64,000 bases of DNA. Origin: Schizochytrium sp. TIO01 (lineage: Eukaryota > Protista > Bigyra: Labyrinthulomycetes). Every line of letters begins with the position of its first letter. Positions within the stretch are counted from its first letter, which is position 1. Positions 9,305 through 17,878 of this stretch are shown here, piece after piece. The position numbers and the translations under genes are program-made. A model generated the notes under the pieces. The model was not told the origin of the DNA. It saw only the letters and a list, made by a program, of their open reading frames with translations, and did not search any database. The stretch is taken from the NCBI GenBank assembly GCA_004764695.1, contig SMSO01000033.1, positions 62,001-126,000 on the forward strand. The letters are read 5' to 3'.

Positions 9305-10668
9305 TTTACCCTTTTCATCGTCATCAAAGCCATTCTAGCGTTTCACATAGCCAGCATTTACTAGACTTTGCACCCCGCTAGCATTCCCTATATTCCCCGA
9401 GGTTGTTCCTCTTTTTTTAATTGCGTCTCCTCACAGATTCAGGTTTTTCCCAGTTTGAGCCAAATCCGCCCTGCCTCAAGTAGAATCGGGCAATACCCGT
9501 ATTGCATGATGGCTGCGGCTCTGTTGAAACACCATAGGTAAGTGACATAACGCACAAGAGTCGAGTTCGGCCTGAAAATTCACATTCTGACGCAGCAACA
9601 ACTCGATCGCGCTGCGCTGCCCGAGCATAAACAATGATCTAGGGCCGTCTTAGTGTTTTCAATAAGCACACCTAACTAACAGTGTTCATCTTTATAAAAC
9701 TAGGAAATACAGAGCTCAAGAAACGAAGGACGAGTTATAGAAAACGTAATTTTGCGCCATTATGCCAGCTCTAATCCTACTAACTATACACCCCAATAGG
9801 TACTAGCACCTCTGACTTTGGATCTCTCGCACACGCTCGCATTATCAGGTGCTTTCCTTCTTCCTTTCCATAGACACTTGAATAGGACTATCCTCTGCTT
9901 TTGTTTTACAGAGACTTCCAGCGACCCTCGAGTTGCTACTAGTTCCGTATTTAGCATCCAGGGTAGCAGTGCGGCGAGTGCGCGAGGGAACTTTAAGCAT
10001 AAAATTGGGTGCTTCTCCAATCGCACCACTTGAATATCAGTGCCTAGGTGATTATCGTAATGTGCTTGAGCTCTCTTCTTGACGTCTGTAAGCTATGCCA
10101 TGGCCGTGTCTAGCATTCAAAAGGTAGCGGGCTGGGAGGGTTATACGAGTGAGGGAAAGGGAATTATGAACAAAATAACCCTACTACCAGTCCTATTGGT
10201 GAGGGTAGTAGTGGTAGTAGTACCTAGTGTTTCTCCTTATCTGGGAAAGAAAAAAGCAAAGTAAAGAGGGCAATCGAATAAATAAACAGTCTGTTAACTA
10301 GCCCACTCGCTGTTTGCGGAGACCACGCTGCGCAGAGGCGCGTGCGTGGAGGCGGTTCCTGCGACTACGGGAGAGTGGCACTTGCAGCTAAGACTCCAGC
10401 CTCGTAGCTGAACACACTATCAGCGTATTTGCCTCGCATAGCGCCAGGCAGTGACTGAGTGTAGTATCATCGTCCTGTTTCCTCCTTGCGTACTTTCAAG
10501 CTCACCTGTTGCACACACGTCTATACACATACGCAAACTAAGACCTGAGCTGTACTACACAGGTCACGCTTCTGTGGATCAAACTCGTGATCTTAACTTT
10601 TGTCTTGAGGATCTCCTACATCAAAGAAACCTTTCTTCAGCTGCGTCAAGAATAGCCAACGGAACAAG

Positions 10669-10772
10669 GTAAGCTTTGGGCTTGTTCTGTAAAGTCTTCA
10701 CTTATCGTTTCTTCCGCACGTCATCTAACACGGAGACAACTCGATCTTATAAAACATTGTGTTCGTGCATAG
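10669..10772 (+). other. Probable spliceosomal intron in the 5' UTR of the ankyrin-DHHC gene
   Basis: AAG|GTAAGC donor at 10669, CTAAC branch point at 10725, TAG acceptor ending 10772, 46 nt before the ATG. Confidence 0.55.
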
Positions 10773-10818
10773 CGTGCTGGTATTATTAGTCTAGTTTAAT
10801 ACAACCTGCGAAGGAATC

Positions 10819-13191
10819 ATGGCGCAGTCCGATATCCATTACTCAAACTCCATGCATGAGGAGCAGGACACTGGCAACCCGGATCCGATCAAGATGTTCA
10901 AGAGTCTTATGAGCAACGGAAGGAACCAGGGCCATAAAAGTGGTGGCCGTGTCGATCCTAGCGATAATGACGAAGAAAATACCTACGATGATGGCACGGA
11001 AATGGATGACTTGGAGCTTGGCAAATCTGGAGCCAAGTCTTCCTCCTCAGCACAACAACCTCTACCAACACTCGCTGAAATGGGTCTCAAACCGAACAAC
11101 ACCCTTCGCGTTTTGCAAGAGCGCTCACAGAATATGACTCCTGAGGAGCGCGAAGCAGCAGAGAAGCAGGCTGCGCAAATGCAAGAGCTCTTGAATGCCA
11201 AGCTTGCTAAAATGCCCGCAGATCAACGTGCCCAGCTTCAGGCACGCCAAAAGGCCATGACTCAGGCTGTCATGGCGCAGCTACATGAGGATACTGTGAA
11301 TAAGGCAATTGCAAACGGTGTGCAACCGAAGCTGATGCCTGCTGCGGCTGGTGCAGTTGCGCAAAATGTTGCGCAGCCGCAAGAGACCCCTGAACAAACT
11401 CGTGATCGCGAGATTCTCTTTGCCATTCGTAGCGGCAACATTGAATCTTTAAAGGAGCTCCTGGCCAAGTATAACATGAGCGTCAATGGAAGCGTCAAGG
11501 CACCAAATGATGCTGAAGCACACCCTCTTCTGCATTGGGCTTCGCTCAATGACCAAAAGGAGGTGCTCGAGTACCTCGTAAGCGTCTCTGTGGATCTGGA
11601 TCAGCGTAATCCGCGTGGCGAAGTTGCTCTGCATTGGGCCTGCTTGAATGGAAACTTACGATCGGTCCATTTACTGATTGACGCAGGATGCGACCGGATG
11701 GCTTCTGATGCTCGAGGATACTCAGCGATGCACCACGCGGCGCAATTTGGGCGTTCTATCGTGCTGGCATGCTTGTTGCGTCGTGGCTTGAACGTAGACA
11801 TTCGCGACAACAATGGGCGAACTCCTCTGCATTGGGCAGCATACAAGGGCGAAGATCGCTGTGCACAATGGCTGCTGGAGCATGGCGCAGATGTGTCTGC
11901 TCAGGACTTTGAGCGTTGCTTGCCTATTCACTGGGCAGCTTTGCAAGGCCTCACCTCAATGAGTCATGTTCTTCTCAAGTACGGCGCAATCTCACACCTC
12001 ACTATGAAAGATCGTACTGGTGGTACCCCGGCGGCGCTAGCACGTGAGAAACAGGCAAGGTATGAGCCCACTTCGCATCAACACAAGACCTTCTTGCGCG
12101 TGGGTGACTACCTCGAAGCATGTGAGAAGAAGGGCAAAGATATTCGCCAAAAACCTGTCCAGCTGCGTCACCCTACCTGGTATGCTTGGCCTGTCCTTGC
12201 CACTATTGGGTTTTGGCAATACTGGACTGTTGTTATGGAAGATACAATTTATTATCCGATTCTCACCCTGGTCTTTTGGACCTCATACTGGGGCTGTTGG
12301 TTGGCATGGACCATGTTGCAGATCAAAAATCCTGGAACCTATGTGCTGCGGGACGAAAAATCCATGAAGGCGTTTCGCGCCAAGTACCAAGCGTCTTCCT
12401 CTTCTTCTTCATCAGGTGCTGGAAAGGGGCAAGATAATGTCCTCATCGCTGTTTTGGACGATGATGGCTGCGCATGCCCAATCAATCCTGCACAGCGCAA
12501 TGCGGAAAAGTACCGCGCCATGTATCTAGAGGTGCTGGACAAGGGCTTGCTTGTGCCGGTGTGCGCAACTTGTGAAATTGTTAAACCCATTCGTTCAAAG
12601 CACGATAAATTCACAGATGTTTGCATCGCACGATTCGATCACTTTTGCCCATTTATGGGCGTGGCAGTCGGCCAAAACAATTATTTGGAATTCTTTATGA
12701 CTATGGTTGCTGCGTTTGTTTGTATTTGGAGCTGGCTTTACATGACAATTCTCTACACGTCTGCATTGAATCCAGAGCTACCATTTTATGTTAACTTTTG
12801 GAGTGTGGTCTACTGGGAGATCTTTGTTTGGGTTGCCTACCTTCCGCTTGGTATCTATGCCACGCTTATGATGGGCCAGCATGCGATGTTTATCAAGCGT
12901 AACATTACTACAAATGAGGTCATGAACAGGTATCGCTATCAGTACCTGGCAAACAAACAGAACCCGTTCAATCGTGGTGCGTTGGGTAACATTTTGGAGT
13001 TTTTGGGTATTATGGAGACTCGCGAGATGGACGTTCGTGGTTTCTACAACATTGAGTTTGAAGGTCGCTCGCCCCAGGTCGAGGACAATAATCAGCGCCT
13101 ACGAGCTGGCCTTGCGCCGCGACCACCTCCTTCCAAGGGTAGTTGCTGCTCTCATTCGCACTCGCACGGTGGTCATGGTCACAGCCATTAA
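10819..13191 (+). CDS. AKR1: Ankyrin-repeat DHHC palmitoyltransferase (Akr1/ZDHHC17/TIP1 type)
   Basis: About 6 ankyrin repeats (LLHWASLND, ALHWACLNG, TPLHWAAYKG), TM helices, the Cys-rich domain CATCEIVKPIRSKH...RFDHFCPF...VGQNNY, and TTNE and NPFNRG motifs. Confidence 0.93.
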   Translation: MAQSDIHYSNSMHEEQDTGNPDPIKMFKSLMSNGRNQGHKSGGRVDPSDNDEENTYDDGTEMDDLELGKSGAKSSSSAQQPLPTLAEMGLKPNNTLRVLQERSQNMTPEEREAAEKQAAQMQELLNAKLAKMPADQRAQLQARQKAMTQAVMAQLHEDTVNKAIANGVQPKLMPAAAGAVAQNVAQPQETPEQTRDREILFAIRSGNIESLKELLAKYNMSVNGSVKAPNDAEAHPLLHWASLNDQKEVLEYLVSVSVDLDQRNPRGEVALHWACLNGNLRSVHLLIDAGCDRMASDARGYSAMHHAAQFGRSIVLACLLRRGLNVDIRDNNGRTPLHWAAYKGEDRCAQWLLEHGADVSAQDFERCLPIHWAALQGLTSMSHVLLKYGAISHLTMKDRTGGTPAALAREKQARYEPTSHQHKTFLRVGDYLEACEKKGKDIRQKPVQLRHPTWYAWPVLATIGFWQYWTVVMEDTIYYPILTLVFWTSYWGCWLAWTMLQIKNPGTYVLRDEKSMKAFRAKYQASSSSSSSGAGKGQDNVLIAVLDDDGCACPINPAQRNAEKYRAMYLEVLDKGLLVPVCATCEIVKPIRSKHDKFTDVCIARFDHFCPFMGVAVGQNNYLEFFMTMVAAFVCIWSWLYMTILYTSALNPELPFYVNFWSVVYWEIFVWVAYLPLGIYATLMMGQHAMFIKRNITTNEVMNRYRYQYLANKQNPFNRGALGNILEFLGIMETREMDVRGFYNIEFEGRSPQVEDNNQRLRAGLAPRPPPSKGSCCSHSHSHGGHGHSH

Positions 13192-14489
13192 TTCGCATCC
13201 ACAACAATGCGCCCCGAACATGTTTTAATGACAAATTGATTTTTCACCCAACATTTATGATTCTCGAGCTTCTGTTGCTGAAAACAGGGCGACGCCTAAA
13301 ATAATTTCGTCTACTGAAGAAACTCTTGAGAGTTGACCCTTTCTCCGCTTCATGAGAATACAGCTTTACTGATAATTCATTCCTGGTTCCTCCTTACCAA
13401 CTCAACACGTCGCTTATACCGTAGTAAAAATACCGTATCTCAGTGTCTTGTACCCTTTGAGTTTAGCTAGATTTGTAATCAACAGATGATACTATCAAAT
13501 AAACAACCAATGTTACAGAATTTAAGTTTAAAAAAAAACATCCAAGATAAAGTTTCGCTTATTTTCTTGTCAAGCAATGGGGGCGTATATGGGGGCGTAT
13601 GGCAGCTACAACCATAATGCACCAAACCTATCACGAATGATAAAGTGAAACGATATATTATATTGCAGAGGAAGTATTAGCACTGACGGCTGACTTTATA
13701 GGACACTTTGAAGGACATAAGCAAGGCAATGTAGAAGAAACCTTTAGCGAGTAAAATGTTAAGAATTTCCGTACTATTGTTTCACCACATGAGAAAATAA
13801 AGGCACATGTTACCCCAGTTGTCTGCCATGACGTAGTTCCAGCACTTTTTTATATGGCATGCCTTTTGATTCAACTCTAAAAATGACCTCGGCAAAAACT
13901 AATACTGATACAACTGTGACAGTGAATGATGCCTATGTTTCGAAAATAGACTCTTTGAAGATCTTTCAGTTGATTCAATACGAATCTCTGATTTATAACC
14001 AATTCTCCCTCGAATTGTAACTCAAATATCATCTGTTTCAAAACTCAAAACTCTCAAAACATTTTGACAAATACCAAGAAGAAGCTGAATCAATGGAATT
14101 TGTCAGAAGGAGCTATACAGGAAGCGACGAGAAAAGTTTTGCTCTGAAGTATACTGTCAAGAATTTATATGTTATTAGAAATGAATACTTCAAAAATAGA
14201 CAATACTACTAAAACTTTGCCACAAACCAACCCGAGTGCTGCGTCACAGCAGTCTTGCATTATGGCGGTGTTTGTTTCTGAATGATTTCATCAAGGTATA
14301 TTTCCATCAAAATCCGTTCAATTTACTTCCAAACAATGACTTTCAAACTAAGCTTCAGTTTGCAGGATTTTATTATTTTTTAAAAAATGAGGATGCAAAA
14401 GTTTTATCTATAGTATTATTAAGGAGCCATAAGCTACTTTGCAATACTACCTTGAAATGTTATCAGTTATTTTGTTCACCGATCGATTA

Positions 14490-14985
14490 TTACACAATCT
14501 CGTTGCTCTCTATATGCGTCTCTGTATTGTTGGTCCTTGACAAAGTCCCGAAATCTCTTGCTGAGTCAACGCCCAATGCATCCGCGAGCAGGTCAAAGTC
14601 TTCTTCGCGGAGGGTTTCGCTGCAAGACTTCTTACTGCGCTCCAGGTCGATAAACTTCAACGATATTGCGCAATACTACATCTCCATGGATGAAGCTGGG
14701 CTTATGGATCTTTTCAAGAACCAAAGCACTTCCAGTACGATTCCTCAAGTCTACCGTACTCTTCTAATTCCTGCGTCGATAGATCGCACAGTGATTTACT
14801 ACACTGCTCTGTCGCAGAAAATACCAGGTCTAGTTTTGCGTCAAGACCGCGAACTGTTACCCGCGGTACTACGTCACCCTGCAGCGCGTGCATACTTTAC
14901 CCTCATGCCCAAGTGAATATGGAGAACCATGCAGAGCGTAAGTCGTCTTGACGAAGCTAGAGACACCGTTGATCACGATGTCCGG
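14490..14985 (-). pseudogene. Frameshifted atypical protein-kinase-like fragment
   Basis: SFVK...LGHEGKV/LQGDVVPRV.../VLEKIHKPSFIHGDVVLRNIV/KFIDLERS...*. HGD is at 14688-14680, FID at 14654-14646, stop at 14490. At least 3 frameshifts. Confidence 0.7.
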
Positions 14986-14999
14986 ATATCCAACGACAT

Positions 15000-15300
15000 C
15001 AAAGCCTTCATAGATACATAGAGATACCATTGAATACTGTGCAATACAAATCTTCAGTCTCATTTGGTCCTCAATGAGGATTACACTCGCTGGTTTGAGC
15101 ATAGGGTAAATCTTCGATGTTTTCTTATTAAACATAAGGTTGTATAGATTCCCATAGGAATATTTCGTTGCGACTTCAGTGCCTTGAGGGATGGGGCAAA
15201 GGCGATTCGCTCACAATAGACTAGCCTTTTGGTTGAGCTATCATAAAGAGCTACGCCAACGGTTATGATTCCAATATCAATGCTAAATAAAGACTAGGTT
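15000..15300 (-). pseudogene. Fragment of a RuvC-fold Holliday junction resolvase (poxvirus A22 / large-DNA-virus type)
   Basis: LFSIDIGIITVGVALYD (from 15290) and, after a frameshift, VILIEDQM (15084-15061). These are RuvC-I D and RuvC-II E motifs about 69 codons apart. The C-terminal part is missing. Confidence 0.6.
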
Positions 15301-15463
15301 GCTTCTTTCGTTGCCTATAATTTTCAATCGGAATCTGTTTATCTTGAATTCGATATATAAGTACAAATGTGAGGGCATTATCCAGGAGGGGCAATAAAGA
15401 GTTTGATTAATTGTTTTGAAGATGATAGTCTTGTTCGTTGTCTTGCTTTCAAAGCTAGACCAA

Positions 15464-15621
15464 ATTATCAACGCCAGAGTGGCCTCCACCAAGCAAAAGA
15501 GAATTTCGAACGCCAGATTCGTGATCTCCAGCGCACCTGTCTAGACATCCCGGCAGTTTACAAAGACATCGGTAGAGTGGTCAACTTCAAAAGGCCGGGC
15601 TTGCGCGCCCTGGTGGACTAC
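15464..15621 (+). pseudogene. tnpA: IS607 TnpA serine-recombinase remnant (catalytic Ser to Ala)
   Basis: ARVAS at 15473-15487, plus RQI..LQ and DIG...NFKRPGLRALVD. Confidence 0.85.
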
Positions 15622-15960
15622 CGAAATTCACCGCAAGCCTCCGTAAAAACTTCCGTGTAATCCTTTTGCCTAATTTTGAGACCTCCCAAATGGTGATTAA
15701 TAACAAGGCAGTTCGAGTGATATGTCGTTGGGGTCACTTGAGCTTCTGGCAAGCGCTCTTTCACAAAGCCGAGCCTTTTTCCCGCCAGTGGTGAAAACTT
15801 GTAATTTGCCGAGATGCCTACACTTGAAAAACATGCAATGAATGCGGTACTATCCGCGACAAGCTCGGAACATCCCAAGGTTTTCAAATATCCGAAATGC
15901 GAATACGTAGCCGATCGTGATTTCCACGCCGCGGAAGGTACGCTTTCGCGCCACCAATCC
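15622..15960 (+). pseudogene. tnpB: Fanzor2/TnpB C-terminal remnant
   Basis: VILLPNFETSQM; WGH..F.Q.L.HKA; AYT*KTCNECG zinc ribbon; FK(Y)PKC; RuvC-III DRD at 15913-15921. Confidence 0.88.
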
Positions 15961-16094
15961 ACCCAAGAACATGAGCAAGAATTATCTCATGAGTTGCGGG
16001 TTAGTCTTTATACAAACCGGCGATTGGGCCTTGCCCTGCTCTGTCACCAAAGGAATTTGCAAATTTTGCATATTATACAGGTTGATTCCAAAGT
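15961..16094 (+). ncRNA. Candidate Fanzor omega-RNA scaffold / transposon right end (copy 2)
   Basis: Stem 15992-16002/16015-16025, a GGGC-CTT-GCCC hairpin, and CTGT...TGCAA-ATT-TTGCA...ACAG. Homologous to 9176-9304. Confidence 0.5.
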
Positions 16095-16558
16095 GTAGTA
16101 GGCCCCAACACAGTTGGAAAAGTCCGCAACTGGCAACAACAGGGGCGGGCTCAAAAGTAAAAGAGTCTTCCCAAAAGGGTATGTATATGTCGTGTCGGTT
16201 GAGATCTGGAGGTTCCTCTATGGTGGATTGGTATGCATTTACTCAGTCACCGGGAAACAAGATCACGCAAGCAAAGAGAGAAAAGGCAGTTTACTACAGT
16301 TCAATTACAGAGGAGTATGATTTTATGGGTAAGATACACAGTTTATTCAGAGGGATGAGGTCATTGATATGATCGACACACGTAGTCTATAGTAGAAGTA
16401 AGGGCAGTAGTGTACACATGCAGCACTTCGCTGCGAGGTGAGATCGATCATACATATATTTTCCATCATTGGAAGTCTTGTTTCGTCACATGATACGACT
16501 GATTTAACCAGCCAGAAGTCATCACACACATACACATGCTTGAGAAGCTCACACGTAT

Positions 16559-17878
16559 TTACAGGCAAATGGGCGTAGGCTGGGCTTCAAGCTCCGCAAG
16601 AAGGTTGTGCCTGCCGAGTCTCTTGGCGGTGAGAACAGCCGCCTGGAATGTAGCAACTTGTTTCTCAGGAGCAGCGCGCAGAAATTGTTGACGAAGGCGC
16701 ATTGCGGTTTCCAAGTCACATCCAGCAACTGGATGAAGCTGAATGAGAATTTCCACCATTTCCTCCGGGGTCCGGTTGGCATTGAGGAATTCCTCTTCGT
16801 TGCCAGTCAGAATCTCACTAGCTACGTTCTGAGACATCTGCTGCTGCTGCTGCTGCTGATGGTGATTATAGTGATTTTGTTGCTGTTGTTGTACAAATTC
16901 AAATGAGGTCTTTTTGCCAAAGACGAGGTCTACACGCTCGCGGCTGCCAGTGGAAGGAGAGGCGAGAGGTGTTTCAGGGCCCTGAGGTTGGACAAGCGAT
17001 GGATCGTTTGAGGATGAGAACGAGCTCACCTTGCTCTCCTCCATGGAGGACGACGCTTTTCGCGGAAGCATGACCGTTTTGGTGAACTGATGATGTTGCT
17101 GCTGGTAGAGATGATGATTGGGCATGACCAAATTGTTGTGTTGCGGTACTGGCGATCTCCTTTTACATCTACTACTTTCTTCAGCAGGGTTAAAACCCGG
17201 AGGCATCATTTGTTGCGGCACGCCATGCGGCGAGGGTTTGCTGTAATTCTGCGCGGCGTAGTACTGTTGTTGTTGTTGATGATGTTGGTGAGGGTGGCTT
17301 TGCATGTGATAGGGATGTTGCTGGTGCTGTGCGGGGTACGCGTGGGGTGCATAGCGAGCATACTGTTGTTGATGCATGTGGTAGGTGTGCTGTTGGTGGT
17401 AATAGTCAGGCCGCCTTTCCTCGTAAACGGGTGCAGCAGGGTTACGCTGGTCAGGTACATTATTTGACACATATTGCGGCTGGTACGGCGAGTGTTGGGG
17501 TTGCATTTCTGGGCGCATGTGAGAAGAAGAAGATGCTGATGAAGATGCCGATGATGTGGATGCTGAAGATGCAGTTGGGGCCATAACGAGGACCTGCTGT
17601 GGAGCATACTGCACATGATTTGGCGAGACGGGCGCCGGGCGCTGGGGTCTCGTATAGGTGCGTTCATGCGGTGGCACCATGGTGATTTCATGTTGCTGCT
17701 GGGTCTGCTGTTCGGATGTCATCTCGTAATAATACACTGGCCCATTGCTGCAATCCGATACCTCGGTCTCCATGTCTACGTCCTCATTGTGGTGGTCTTC
17801 CTCGATATCAACAAACTGGCCCCAGCCGTCGTCTTCGCCTCTCGAGGCTGTCGTCATCCACTCGCTGAAGCAAATCAT
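16559..17878 (-). CDS. Q/H/P/S-rich low-complexity protein with an N-terminal WGQFVD motif and a short helical C-terminal domain
   Basis: Long ORF. The first ATG is at 17878 (MICFSEW...DDGWGQFVDIEED); the track start at 18025 is not ATG. Poly-Q/H core; C-terminus NRTPEEMVEILIQLHP...LLAELE. Confidence 0.8.
   Translation of the reverse strand: MICFSEWMTTASRGEDDGWGQFVDIEEDHHNEDVDMETEVSDCSNGPVYYYEMTSEQQTQQQHEITMVPPHERTYTRPQRPAPVSPNHVQYAPQQVLVMAPTASSASTSSASSSASSSSHMRPEMQPQHSPYQPQYVSNNVPDQRNPAAPVYEERRPDYYHQQHTYHMHQQQYARYAPHAYPAQHQQHPYHMQSHPHQHHQQQQQYYAAQNYSKPSPHGVPQQMMPPGFNPAEESSRCKRRSPVPQHNNLVMPNHHLYQQQHHQFTKTVMLPRKASSSMEESKVSSFSSSNDPSLVQPQGPETPLASPSTGSRERVDLVFGKKTSFEFVQQQQQNHYNHHQQQQQQQMSQNVASEILTGNEEEFLNANRTPEEMVEILIQLHPVAGCDLETAMRLRQQFLRAAPEKQVATFQAAVLTAKRLGRHNLLAELEAQPTPICL

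Larger units (their letters stand above)
15464..16094 (+). mobile_element. Degenerate, internally deleted IS607-Fanzor2 element (copy 2); ends approximate
   Basis: IINARVASTKQK/ENFERQIRDLQRTCLDIPAVYKDIGRVVNFKRPGLRALVDY joined to EIHRK../NFRVILLPNFETSQMVINNKAVRVICRWGHLSFWQALFHKAE...LVICRDAYT*KTCNECGTIRDKLGTS/KVFKYPKCEYVADRDFHAA. About 80% identical to copy 1 by hand count over 8691-8795 vs 15499-15603. Confidence 0.88.

Noticed and set aside
14236-14916. 226-aa plus-strand ORF
   Set aside because: It has a non-ATG start and no motifs, and is the antisense shadow of the minus-strand kinase remnant.
15378-15396. TCCAGGAGGGGCAAT resembling copy 1 CCCAGGAGGCAAT (TnpA wing), which would extend copy 2 leftwards
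   Set aside because: The match is short and the intervening sequence does not align convincingly, so the left ends of both copies remain undefined.
16170-16200. KGYVYVV resembling a GIY-YIG/T5orf172 start
   Set aside because: There is no downstream KIG/YIG motif, and the match is too short.
15403-16372. Track ORFs 15403-15660, 15618-15962, 15814-16098 and 15917-16372 as independent genes
   Set aside because: They are frame fragments or antisense shadows of the broken IS607-Fanzor copy.
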